From Octopus bimaculoides (lineage: Eukaryota), in contig NC_068981.1 in assembly GCF_001194135.2 (NCBI RefSeq), positions 19,145,150 through 19,209,149 on the forward strand: DNA of 64,000 bases, read 5' to 3'. Made by a program: the position numbers and the translations under genes. The notes below the pieces were generated by a model. The model searched no databases. It had not been told where the DNA came from and saw nothing but the letters and a program-made list of their open reading frames with translations. Shown here piece after piece: positions 51,960 through 63,970 of this stretch; within the stretch, counting starts at the first letter, position 1, and every line of letters starts with the position of its first letter.

Positions 51960-52320
51960 ATCCATATTGTTGTTGTTGTCATCATCATTATTGTCTTTAC
52001 TGTCAGCGTTATCATTACAGTTGTCATCATCATCATCATTTCCTTGTGATTGTTGCTGTCATCATCATCATCAACATCGTTGTTATTGCCATCATTCTTG
52101 TCATCATCATCATTGTCAACATAGTTATTGTCATCGTCATCATTGTTGTTGTCATCACTATCATGATCATTGCTGTCATCACTGCTGTTGTCATCATCAT
52201 TATTGTCATCACAATTGTTGTCATCATCATTGTCATGTTTGCCATAGTTGTCACCATTGTTTATCATCGTTGTTGTTGTCGTTATCAGTTTTCACCATTG
52301 TTTATCATCATCATTATTAT
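51960..52320. repeat. Degenerate (ATC/GTT)n trinucleotide array
   Basis: Direct reading. Confidence 0.9.
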
Positions 52321-52479
52321 ACACTAGCTCCCTCTGTGCCATCAAAAATGACAGCTAATTGTAGTATTCTATATATAAATATGGATGGTAAATCAAATTA
52401 ATACACTTGTCAATGTTATCTAGTGGTTGTCTTTGGAGATGTAACATCGATCATCAGTTGTTACTGAAAGAACACTGGT

Positions 52480-52730
52480 TCACACATACAAACATTCACA
52501 AACTTCCCTTGTATACTCACACACATACACACATATGCTTACACAAAGTTGAAATGCTGTTTGATTTTTTTCTTTTCAATGCTGAATGTTCGCCATCCTG
52601 CTTCCATTGCACACACTCTCACACACACAAACATTCATACACCTCCCTTTTATATACACACATATATACTCACACAGAGTTGAAACGCTGTTTGATTTTT
52701 CTTTTCGGCGTTGAATGTTCATCATCGCAC
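52480..52730. repeat. Diverged ~120-135-bp tandem duplication
   Basis: caaacattca...cttcccttgtata...agttgaaatgctgtttgatttt...tgaatgttc.c(c/a)atc twice. Confidence 0.8.
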
Positions 52731-53160
52731 CTGTTTGCCATCACACCTTCCTTCCTTATTCATCTACCACCCCTTCCTTTCTCATTCACATGTTGTGACG
52801 GAGAAAAACACAAGAGTTTTATTATAATAGATTGTACAAAATTTGTCAAATAAATAAGTTCCTGTATCATGAGAAGTGAGTTCTCAGGTGTCAAACAAGG
52901 GTTTTCTTCCTGGATAATATCTGAAGAAAACTCTGTTTGAATCTCCTCATAAGACATGTACTTTTCTTGTTTTATAAATTCATAAACTGTTTTTGCCATA
53001 CCACCCCCTCAAGATGATATGAGTTCATAAGGGGGCTGTATATGTCACAAGAATTCTGTGGGGGTTCTGGATGTTTAGAGAGGGAGATGTTCTTAGAAAT
53101 GAAATATTTAAACAAGTTTTTAACTATTTATACTTTACTTGTATATCTATACTACTTAAG

Positions 53161-53460
53161 GGAAGGTGCGTAGTTTAATGGTTAGAGTATTTGGTTCATG
53201 ATCGCAAGGTCATGAGTTCTATTCTTGGCATTGCGTTGTATCCTTGAGCAAGATACTTTATTTCTCAGCTAGAAAAAATGAGTAGTACCTGTATTTCAAA
53301 GGACCAGCCTTGTCACGCATTGTGTCATGCTGAATCTCCCTGAGAACTACATTAAGGATCTTTGTGTCTGTGGAGTGCTCAGCCGCACGCATGTGAATTT
53401 CGTGTGTGGGCTGATCGGATCAACCGGAACCCTTGTCATCGCAACCACCAGAGTGCCAGT
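53161..53460 (+). mobile_element. SINE family D
   Basis: A-box tagtttaatggt, core tccttgagcaagatactttatttc, tail 2. Confidence 0.8.
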
Positions 53461-53684
53461 TATACTACTTATTATATTTTGAACACATTTTCAAACAAGG
53501 CAAATAAATCTTTGTAGGGATTGGAAAAAGGGCTAAACATTGTGGTATCAATGAGCAGAGCATGACTGATGAGGTACCAAATTTCAGTGTAATTTCATTT
53601 ATGTGTCCTTATTTTTGTTAGTAATTTCCACAAAAGTTTAAGATAAGGGGCATTGATCCACATAAGTATTTAAAAAGAGACCGG

Positions 53685-53895
53685 TGTCACATAAAAGGCA
53701 CCTGTGCTGGTGGCATGTAAAAGCACCCATTACACTCTCAGAGCTGTTGGCGTTAGGAAGGGCAGCCAGCTGTAGAAGCATTGCCAAATCAGATTGGAGC
53801 CCGGTGCAGCCTCCTGGCTTTCCACACCTCAGTCAAACCATCAAACCCATACCAGCATGGAAAATGGATGTTGAACGATGATGATGATGATGACA
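53685..53895 (+). mobile_element. RTE tail-only copy
   Basis: ggtggcatgtaaaagcaccc...ttggcgttaggaagggcagccagctgtagaag...gttgaac(gat)n. Confidence 0.85.
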
Positions 53896-54019
53896 ACAGC
53901 AAATGGCTATGGAGATCCAGTAGGGTAAAATAGAAAACAAAGGGATCAATAGGCAAAAAGTGGTTGAAAATCACTGCTCTATATTGTGGCTTACTTCCTT
54001 AATTCTCACATTAACCATC

Positions 54020-54205
54020 CATTCAACTTGATGGGACACTGGTCCATCACAGGATTACTCTTTTTTGCCAGCTGAGTGGACTAGAGTAACATGAAATGAA
54101 GTGTTTTGCTCAAGAACACAATGTATTGACTGGTCCAGGAATTGAAATCACAATCTTATGATCATGAGTCCAACATCCTAACCACTAAGCCATGCACTTC
54201 CACAT
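54020..54205 (-). mobile_element. tRNA-derived SINE, head/core B with short tail 3
   Basis: Homologous to 44080-44275. Confidence 0.8.
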
Positions 54206-54560
54206 TTACCTGTAGAGGCTATCCTTTTCTCCTTTGAGAGTTACTTCAATGTGTATCCTTCTCAAGTCAATATCTGTGATCAAACTGAACATCAGCCGTA
54301 TTGCTTTCCTCCATGTGGAAAAAAGTGGAAAAATCTGGGAAAGACATAGGTAGCACCTTTTCCACTCAACAAAGCCATAAAAATCGATACTTTCTGTGAA
54401 TTCAAAGTATTCTTTGCTGCATAGCATTTAGCTTGGTGTGTAGCGAAAAGAAATCTTTTATTCATGTTGAAGAATAACTCACTCCCATCTCAAAGATGGG
54501 TTATACAAAATATTAGAAGGCATCTCTGATCATAATGTTTTCAGTGTTATTACCTGTAAC
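54206..54560 (-). mobile_element. Possible degraded LINE RT fragment
   Basis: SIDFYGFVEWK and LKGEKDSL resemble the DFxKAFDxV and GxxQGDxLS RT motifs. Confidence 0.4.
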
Positions 54561-54696
54561 TGTTATCTTCAATACAAAACATTTCAAGGATGAATATAGA
54601 TTTTAGATCTCTTCTTAGAAACCTACAATCTGTGAGCTACATGTTTATCTTTACTAGTTTACACATTCACATGGTCACATACAAAGCACAAAATAT

Positions 54697-54737
<41 letters not shown>

Positions 54738-55697
54738 NNNNNNNNNNNNNNNNNNNNNNNNNNNNNNNNNNNNNNNNNNNNNNNNNNNNNNNNNNNNNNN
54801 NNNNNNNNNNNNNNNNNNNNNNNNNNNNNNNNNNNNNNNNNNNNNNNNNNNNNNNNNNNNNNNNNNNNNNNNNNNNNNNNNNNNNNNNNNNNNNNNNNNN
54901 NNNNNNNNNNNNNNNNNNNNNNNNNNNNNNNNNNNNNNNNNNNNNNNNNNNNNNNNNNNNNNNNNNNNNNNNNNNNNNNNNNNNNNNNNNNNNNNNNNNN
55001 NNNNNNNNNNNNNNNNNNNNNNNNNNNNNNNNNNNNNNNNNNNNNNNNNNNNNNNNNNNNNNNNNNNNNNNNNNNNNNNNNNNNNNNNNNNNNNNNNNNN
55101 NNNNNNNNNNNNNNNNNNNNNNNNNNNNNNNNNNNNNNNNNNNNNNNNNNNNNNNNNNNNNNNNNNNNNNNNNNNNNNNNNNNNNNNNNNNNNNNNNNNN
55201 NNNNNNNNNNNNNNNNNNNNNNNNNNNNNNNNNNNNNNNNNNNNNNNNNNNNNNNNNNNNNNNNNNNNNNNNNNNNNNNNNNNNNNNNNNNNNNNNNNNN
55301 NNNNNNNNNNNNNNNNNNNNNNNNNNNNNNNNNNNNNNNNNNNNNNNNNNNNNNNNNNNNNNNNNNNNNNNNNNNNNNNNNNNNNNNNNNNNNNNNNNNN
55401 NNNNNNNNNNNNNNNNNNNNNNNNNNNNNNNNNNNNNNNNNNNNNNNNNNNNNNNNNNNNNNNNNNNNNNNNNNNNNNNNNNNNNNNNNNNNNNNNNNNN
55501 NNNNNNNNNNNNNNNNNNNNNNNNNNNNNNNNNNNNNNNNNNNNNNNNNNNNNNNNNNNNNNNNNNNNNNNNNNNNNNNNNNNNNNNNNNNNNNNNNNAA
55601 AACACTGTCTGGTTTAAAAAGCCACATCAGACGCCATGAAAGGGCTAAGGTGTAGGTGCAGGAGGTGGTGAAACTCTGTTTAAGGAGTAGACAACCA

Positions 55698-55764
<67 letters not shown>

Positions 55765-56765
55765 TAGATAGATAGATAGATAGATAGATATATGCACATG
55801 CATATAAACATATATACATAGATACACATATACATATATATATGTATACACACACACACATACACATATATGTATATGTGTGTATATATGTATGTATGCA
55901 CTGAACATACACACATATATATAATTATATATATGTATATGTGAACCACTCCTATGCCATTATTATTTACGACTGACACACAGTTTATATTATTGTTCTA
56001 TCACATCAGACCTATCTACAGGACACAATATTCAACAAATATCTTAATCTCATATATCTCCAAGATAATCCTCTTTCTGGTCACAAATGTCTTACACCTT
56101 TGGTTGCACATTAAATATTAAGTAGAACTGAAAGCACTGAGAATACATATGACCATTTTGTTTCAGAGGCATTATGTACCAGATGACATGGGTATAGACA
56201 TGTTCTAGTCTTTTTACTATATGTGTAAGTTTCTAGTCTATCGGAAATAATGCTGGACAACTCTCTTGCCGATGACAAGCTTTGAGACAGAAACACATGC
56301 CCACAGCTGTTCTCTTATCACCAAACAATAAGCCTCTCCTTTTCCTTAATGGCATGTCAATTTTAGAAAAATTTTGATTCCTGAGCTTATCTCCCCTTCT
56401 CAAGTTAACCTGGTCTCAACTGCCATTTGATCACTATAATATGTCTTCTAGAGCCAGGGATAATTTTAATAAATCAACCATTTATGTTGCATGGTATTTG
56501 ATATATTTGTATTCACTTTATGTTAGATAGATATGTGTGTATATATATATATATATNNNNNNNNNNNNNNNNNNNNNNNNNNNNNNNNNNNNNNNNNNNN
56601 NNNNNNNNNNNNNNNNNNNNNNNNNNNNNNNNNNNNNNNNNNNNNNNNNNNNNNNNNNNNNNNNNNNNNNNNNNNNNNNNNNNNNNNNNNNNNNNNNNNN
56701 NNNNNNNNNNNNNNNNNNNNNNNNNNNNNNNNNNNNNNNNNNNNNNNNNNNNNNNNNNNNNNNNN

Positions 56766-56789
<24 letters not shown>

Positions 56790-56797
<8 letters not shown>

Positions 56798-56975
56798 AGA
56801 ATTCACGAATAAACAACAGACAGGTGGTGTAAACAACAAATGGATGTATTAGTATAACACTTGGGAATAGAGAAAGTCGTTAACATTTCGAGCCTGTACT
56901 CTTCAACAGAAAGGAACACAGAAAGAAACAAGAAGAGAAAAAGATCAGCATAGTGGTCAGCGATCTATCATAGGT
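56790..56975 (-). mobile_element. Solo PLE terminal repeat with hammerhead motif (family P1)
   Basis: cttt-ctgttga-a-gagt-acag-gctc-gaaa-tgtt-aacg at 56878-56913; ends in (TA)n. Confidence 0.7.
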
Positions 56976-57780
56976 TATGTGCGATAGTGGTGTCAATTAG
57001 ACCCAGAGGTTTCAGGTAATGCTGAGTAAGTGCTATGGATAGACCACAGTTGAGTTCCAGGTTTGGTGGTTAGGGATATAATAAATATCCTGGAAACAGC
57101 CATAAGACATTCTATTTATAAATGTTCTATATTATACACAGCCTTGGTCTTTTATCTCATTACGAAAAGTAAATCCTTATATATATATATATGATGATGA
57201 TGATGATATATATATCATTATCATTTAAATGTGTTTTCTGTGCTGGTACAGATAACTTGACAGGAATTGGTCAGGCCAGAGACTACACCAGGTTCTATCG
57301 TTTGTAATGGCTGGGTGTCTACAGCTTGATGCATTTCCTAATACTGGGCACATTTTATGTGACACCATCACCAATACTTTTAACATGACATCATCACCAA
57401 TTCCTTTTTATGTGGCACCAATACCAATGCTTTCTATGTTACATCTTGATTTTAGGACATCAGTTGTGTTGTTGATAGATTGGTCTTGTTGAGTACAGGA
57501 ATGTACCACACAACACACACAAATGCACACATATATAATTATACACACACATATATATAGATAATTATAGATGTATGTATAAATATATATATGTGTGTAA
57601 TGTGTGTGTATATATATATATATATATTATATGTATGTATATACAAAGTATGGGGGTTTAGTTCACAGGTGATCTTAACGATTAGGTACGCTAGGTAAGT
57701 GGTGTAACGGATTACTGGGGCTCCAAGGTTAAAGCCAAGATGGTAGTTATGGAGCCATTACAGATTTCTGATGCAGTGGA

Positions 57781-57915
57781 TATATAATTGTTAAACAGGA
57801 CATCAAACATCAAGGCAAGGCAAACATCTCAAGTCATATACAATTTCTTCCTATAATAATATTGTATATGACTTGAGATGTTTGCCTTGCCTTAATCTTT
57901 GACATCCTGTTTAAC

Positions 57916-57925
<10 letters not shown>
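57781..57925. repeat. 145-nt near-perfect palindrome/hairpin
   Basis: 33-bp perfect arms 57812-57844 / 57861-57893, 16-nt loop; outer arms continue with ~5 mismatches. Confidence 0.95.
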
Positions 57926-57951
<26 letters not shown>

Positions 57952-58369
57952 NNNNNNNNNNNNNNNNNNNNNNNNNNNNNNNNNNNNNNNNNNNNNNNNN
58001 NNNNNNNNNNNNNNNNNNNNNNNNNNNNNNNNNNNNNNNNNNNNNNNNNNNNNNNNNNNNNNNNNNNNNNNNNNNNNNNNNNNNNNNNNNNNNNNNNNNN
58101 NNNNNNNNNNNNNNNNNNNNNNNNNNNNNNNNNNNNNNNNNNNNNNNNNNNNNNNNNNNNNNNNNNNNNNNNNNNNNNNNNNNNNNNNNNNNNNNNNNNN
58201 NNNNNNNNNNNNNNNNNNNNNNNNNNNNNNNNNNNNNNNNNNNNNNNNNNNNNNNNNNNTTTAAATGATATTCTTTTAATACAGTTCTATATTTAAGAGA
58301 TGAGGAATTATTTACATTATTTACATTATTTACATTTGACAGATATTTGTCCTCATCTTGTTTGTTGTT

Positions 58370-58415
58370 AACACAACGTTTCGGCTGATATACCCTCCAG
58401 CCTTCGTCAGGTGTC
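58370..58415 (-). ncRNA. Minimal type I hammerhead ribozyme with intact core
   Basis: GACAC-CTGACGA-A-GGCTG-gagggtatat-CAGCC-GAAAC-GTT-GTGTT; stems I and II pair, stem III is the palindrome ACGT. Confidence 0.8.
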
Positions 58416-58581
58416 TTGGGGAAATTTTGAACCTGGGTTCTCATTCCTAACGATGCTAGGACACAACAACCTCCTAAGCAGACCGAGTGCAGATATGAAT
58501 AGCATATGGGAACCGGTATTGAGGAAGGATAGAAAAATAATAGATTTATAAGCCCTAAAATTCGTTTCCATAATTGCCCAC

Positions 58582-58654
58582 GGGCATATGGCGTAGTGGT
58601 TAAGAGCGCGGGCTACTAACCCCAAGATTCCGAGTTCGATTCACGGCAGCGACC
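58582..58654 (+). promoter_or_regulatory. tRNA-like Pol III head (A and B boxes)
   Basis: 73 nt; A-box tggcgtagtgg, B-box gagttcgattc, T-arm ccgag/cacgg, anticodon-like loop ctactaa; acceptor stem does not pair. Confidence 0.7.
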
Positions 58655-58745
58655 TGATTAATAATTAATAATAATAATATAATAATAATAATATAATAAT
58701 AGTAACATCGTTAGGAGTGAGAACCCAGGTTCAAAATTTCCCCAA

Positions 58746-58791
58746 GACACCTGACGAAGGCTGGAGGGTATATTAGCCGAAAGGTTGTGTT
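58746..58791 (+). ncRNA. Minimal type I hammerhead ribozyme, second copy with stem III C-to-G change
   Basis: gacac-ctgacga-a-ggctg-gagggtatat-tagcc-gaaa-ggtt-gtgtt. Confidence 0.7.
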
Positions 58792-58887
58792 AACAACAAA
58801 CAAGTTGAGGACAAATATCCGTCAAATGTAAATAATGTATATACTTTTAACTTAGCTTTTATTAGAATTAATTCGCGTGAAAATATG

Positions 58888-58950
<63 letters not shown>

Positions 58951-58974
58951 AATGTGTGTATATTATATATCACT

Positions 58975-59140
58975 ACTATCATCATCATTTAAATTCCATG
59001 TTCTTAGCTGGCATGGGTTGGTTGGCTGGTGTGACATGATCTGATGAGTCTGATGTCTACTTGTTCTCTAATGTCTGCTTTTGTGTGGTTTCTATGACTG
59101 GACACCTTTCCTAATGCCAACCGTTTTACGACATGTACTG
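58975..59140 (-). mobile_element. Old RTE tail-only copy
   Basis: (atc)n-atttaaattccatg...ggcatgggttgg...tttcctaatgccaacc. Confidence 0.65.
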
Positions 59141-60403
59141 AGATTGTGCTGAAGTATGGAGTGTGGAGGATAAATAATAAATAAAGCGAGTGGAAGACAA
59201 AGAATAACCCCATCCCAAAAGCTATATTAAAACATCGAAGAAACAATTTTGTTTTAGAAAATAATAAATTTAAAAAATTGACAGGAAGGACTGAGGGTGG
59301 AAAACCAAAATCAGGAGATGTGTGTGGAGTCAAGGATTGATGAAGATGAAGGAAGCTATGAATAGGTGAAGAGGGTAGGTTGAGAGCGTTAGGCAAGGAA
59401 AAAGAGAAGGTGAACTCAATTCAAGGGGAAACATTAGTTAGGGAGTGCAAGAGAAAGAGTGCATTCCCTTCAAACACACACACACACACACACACACAGT
59501 CATACGTACACACACAGTCATACATATAAACACACAGAAGCTGTTGGTCAGAGGAAACCCAATGTTAGCATTTCTTTCAAAAGGCTGGATTATTTGGCCA
59601 CCAATCTTAAACACGTATTCATAAACTCCTCATTTATAGGCATACGAATACACACACTGTGACTGACATACATACTTGTTATGAAGACAAAAAACAGAGC
59701 AATCCTTTAGAGATACAGTACCACATTCAAAGCAAGCTCCACATGTAGAGAGAGATAAACCAACACAATCCTTTAGAGATACAGTCCTATAGTCAAAGAC
59801 AGACTCTCACAGTGTGTTGCATTCAAAGTGACCACCCAACATCGTTACAGATAGAGCTATACAATGACTTAAAGATAGACCACTGTAGAATGAGGTGAGA
59901 GTAGACCATTAAATAAATTAACGACCAATGAAAACCTTTGGTAATTAGTGTCGGCTTATTCAAATCTTCGTGATTGTTTTAACAAAAACTGATTAAAATT
60001 GAATTAAAAATCTGTTCACAAAAACTTAAAATATCTTCAATGAGAGAATGAAAGAAGAAGGGGAAAAAAATTAAATGTAAAAAAAATTAAAATAAAATAA
60101 AAGCAACTAAAAAAAAACCTGTTTGATATAAGAAGAATAACAAAAAAAAAAAAAGGAGGAAAAAAGAGAGAAACAATTCTTAAAAATCAATTAAGCTGAA
60201 TCAAAATCAAACTCAAATAATTTGGATGAAAAAAAAAGTCTATAAAGTTAATTAAAAACTTAATCCAAAAATCAATAGCTAATCTTATGTTTCTCCTGTC
60301 TTTTATAATTTTTTCGTTAGTTGTGGGTGGTGGCTAAAGAAATGGTAAAACATTAGCAGCAGCCTCTCTCTATCTCTCTTTCTTAGTCTTTCTCTCCATC
60401 CCG

Positions 60404-60454
<51 letters not shown>

Positions 60455-60724
60455 TCTCGCTCTTTGCAACTCCCCCACCATACAAAATCAGTTGTGATTT
60501 CAGCTTATTTTATCACATGTCAACGTTTGTTGGTCCCCCAAAAAACCGCCCCCCTTCATCTCTCCTTTTGTGGACTGCCTTTCACATCAGCAACTTAGAT
60601 TATCTCTGCCTCTCTCTTTCTCTACTCCTTCTCTGTCTCTCTATCTGTCTATCTGTCTCTGTCTGTCTGTCTCTCTGTATCTTTCTCTCTCCATCTACTC
60701 ATGTCTGTTATAACATCACTCTCT

Positions 60725-60742
60725 ATAATAGTAATAATAATG

Positions 60743-60802
<60 letters not shown>
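60725..60802. repeat. (AAT)n microsatellite
   Basis: Direct reading. Confidence 0.95.
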
Positions 60803-61210
60803 TTCAGTCCTCTTTTAGTGACACATTGAGTTCAAAAGTAGGAGACAAATGTTAGATATAGGAAAGTTTTATTCAATACTAATCAGTTTATATAGAAAGA
60901 CATAAAAAACAACAAAACCAGCAACACAGAACTAACAAGAGTTGAGAACCAATTAACACATGCAGTGTGGAAACAGTTGCTAGAGACTTGTGTTAAAACA
61001 ACATACTATGATGTGGGATAAATTGTGTACTAAAAAATCTATATATCTCTATGTGTGTGCGTGTGTGTGTGTGTGTGTGTACGTGTGTGTGTGTTTGTGT
61101 GTGTGTGTGTACGTATGTGTGCGTGTAATCATGTGCATGTACCTTTGTGCATCTAAGCTTGTGTATATGTGTGTTTGTGTATGTATTTACATATTTGTAC
61201 ACTTGTGTGG

Positions 61211-61271
<61 letters not shown>

Positions 61272-62274
61272 AATGTACAAATATGTAAATACATACACAA
61301 ACACACATATACACATTTAACATATATATACACACATATGTATATATATACACATATATATATATATTTGTGTATTCAGGTGTATTTATTTCTGTATTAT
61401 TGCTTGTGCGTATGTTAACGTATATATGTGAGTGCATGCATCTGTATGTGTAGGCATGTGGTGAGTGTGTGTTTTTTGTGCATGTTTATATATATGCGTA
61501 CATATTTGTATGTTTCTGTAACTGTGTTTGCATACATGTGTGTATATATGTTGATTTATGTATCTGCAGCCATGTACAAATGTTTGCAAATATATATATA
61601 TACATATGTATATGTATCCATGTATATTTATGTATCTCTGTATGTGTATGAGTGTATATATTTCCACATTTGCATTTATATGTGCATATGTAAATGTTAT
61701 GTATATGAAATTATATATATGTATGCACATATATGTATACATATACATGTATGAGCATGTATATATTTGCCTATATATTTATATATGTGCATGTCTTATA
61801 TATATATATATATATATATATGTATGCATATGTATGTGCATGTATGTATTTGCACATATATATGTATATATATATGTGTATATATGCATGTGCATATATG
61901 CATGTGCATATATGTATGCATGTATATGCAAGCATGTATCTGCTTATATGCGTATATGTCCTATGTGTGTATTTTATTGCTTTGTGTTTTGTGTTAATTA
62001 AATTATAGTTTTAGATCCTCCAACTTAATTTCACTTTATGTTGTTCCCTCTGTAATAAACACTCAATTAAAATACGCCAAAACCAGCCTCTACTTGATCA
62101 CTCAATCTGCTAGAAATAGCAGCCAAATCTCTTGCAACTCACACCATACCATTTCAAAAACAGAATAACTCATTGCATATTGTAGTCCCATGAGATAACC
62201 AAAACATTTGTGAGATTTTTTTAATTGTAAATCTTGAATGTTTATTAAATGTTTATTAAATGTCTTACTTATTG

Positions 62275-62470
62275 GTTTCAAATTTTGGCACAAACCAGCA
62301 ATTTTGAGGAAGCAGGTAAGTTAATTACATCAACCCCAGTGTTCACTCACTAGCATTTTATGTTTTTTGACCCCAAAAGTATGAAAGGCAAAGCTGGCCC
62401 CGACAGCATTTGAATTCAAAATGTAAAGACAGATGAAATGCCTCTTTGCATTTTTCCGGCATGATAATGT
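62275..62470 (-). mobile_element. SINE family C
   Basis: ggtttcaaattttggcacaaaccagcaattttg...atgaaaggcaaagctggccc..gcatttgaattc. Confidence 0.75.
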
Positions 62471-62689
62471 TACTACCAGCTCGCCACTAAAAGAAATGTC
62501 TTACTTATTGGAAGAAGGACTTTTCAAAGTCACAACTCTTTCTCAAAGAAGAATAAATTTATTAATCTCAACTCCATAAAATTCTTAGCCACCTGCTCTT
62601 CAATCTGTTTTATTGCGGGAACAGCTTGTTTTATATATGATTGTCTAGCAACAAAAGCATAGAGATTATCACTCGTAGAAATGTAAGGA

Positions 62690-63020
62690 GAATCATCATT
62701 ATCATCATCATCATCATCATCATTATCATCATGAACACCACCACCACCACAACTATCATCATTATCATCATCATCATCATCATCATTATCATCATGAACA
62801 CCACCACCACCACCACCATCATTATCATCATCATCATCCCCACCCCCACCCCACCATTATCATCATCATCATCATCATCCCCACCACCATCATTGACATC
62901 GTCNNNNNNNNNNCCCCACCATTATCATCATCATCATCATCATCCCCACCACCATCATTGACATCGTCGTCGTCGTCATCATCATCATCATCACCACCAC
63001 CACCACCACCATCATGGTTA
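62690..63020. repeat. (ATC/ACC)n compound array with higher-order duplication
   Basis: attatcatcatcatcatcatcatcattatcatcatgaacaccaccaccaccac occurs twice. Confidence 0.9.
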
Positions 63021-63601
63021 TTGTTGCTGTTGTCAATTTACGTTCCCACTCACCAGAAGGGAATGGGTGTAACATTTCTAAAAAGGGGCAACGCCTCTGA
63101 CCCTGCCACCTGAGACTCCTAGTAACCCAAAATGTGGTAGAAGGGGAATTTCATTGTTATTGTCTAGTTTCAAATCAGCCCTGACTTTGTGAGGATGTTG
63201 CACTTGTGATTATCTCATCTTTCATTCAAACAATTTATATCAAGGACCATGCAATTGATCCCCTCTCTCTCTCCCTCCTTTTTAAATCATAAGAAGGGAT
63301 TTGAGAAGGATTTGCAGCAATTTCTTATTTCTTTATTGCCCACAAAGGGCTAAACATAGAGGAGACAAACAAGGACAGAAAAAGGGATTAAGTCGATTAC
63401 ATTGACCCCAGTGCNNNNNNNNNNNNNNNNNNNNNNNNNNNNNNNNNNNNNNNNNNNNNNNNNNNNNNNNNNNNNNNNNNNNNNNNNNNNNNNNNNNNNN
63501 NNNNNNNNNNNNNNNNNNNNNNNNNNNNNNNNNNNNNNNNNNNNNNNNNNNNNNNNNNNNNNNNNNNNNNNNNNNNNNNNNNNNNNNNNNNNNNNNNNNN
63601 N

Positions 63602-63970
63602 TCGCTTACGACGTCGAGGGTTCCAGTTGATCCAATCAATGAACAGCCTGCTCGTGAAATTAACGTGCAAATGGCTGAGCACTCCACAGACACGTGTACC
63701 CTTAACGTAGTTCTCGGGGATATTCAGCGCGACATGGATTGTGACAAGGCTGACCCTTTGAATTACAGGCACAACAGAAACAAGAAGTAAGAGTGAGAGA
63801 AAGTTGTGGTGAAAGAGTACAGCAGGGTTTGCCACTATCTCCTGCCGGAGCCTCATGGAGATTTAGGTGTTTTCGCTCAATAAACACTCACAACGCCCGG
63901 TCTGGGAATCGAAACCGCGATCCTATGACCGCGAGTCCGCTGCCCTAACAACTGGGCCATTGCGCCTCCA
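63602..63970 (-). mobile_element. SINE family D tail (63602-63775) abutting SINE family E head/body (63770-63970)
   Basis: Homology to 18940-19086, and to 39780-39900 plus 40060-40155. Confidence 0.75.

Larger units (their letters stand above)
58260..58840. mobile_element. Non-autonomous fold-back element: two inverted HHR-bearing arms around a tRNA-like head
   Basis: Arms 58322-58455 and 58706-58839 are near-identical reverse complements; spacer contains the tRNA-like sequence and (AAT)n. Confidence 0.8.

Noticed and set aside
53566-53600. Isolated CTGATGAGG
   Set aside because: No stem II partner or GAAA downstream; expected by chance.
57911-58444. ORF MRTQVQNFPKTPDEGWRVYQPKRCVNNK... as a protein-coding gene
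   Set aside because: It is the translation of the HHR-bearing repeat arm extended through an N gap.
58582-58654. Functional tRNA gene
   Set aside because: Acceptor stem does not pair, the anticodon stem is weak and the apparent ACT anticodon is atypical; treated as a SINE-type head.
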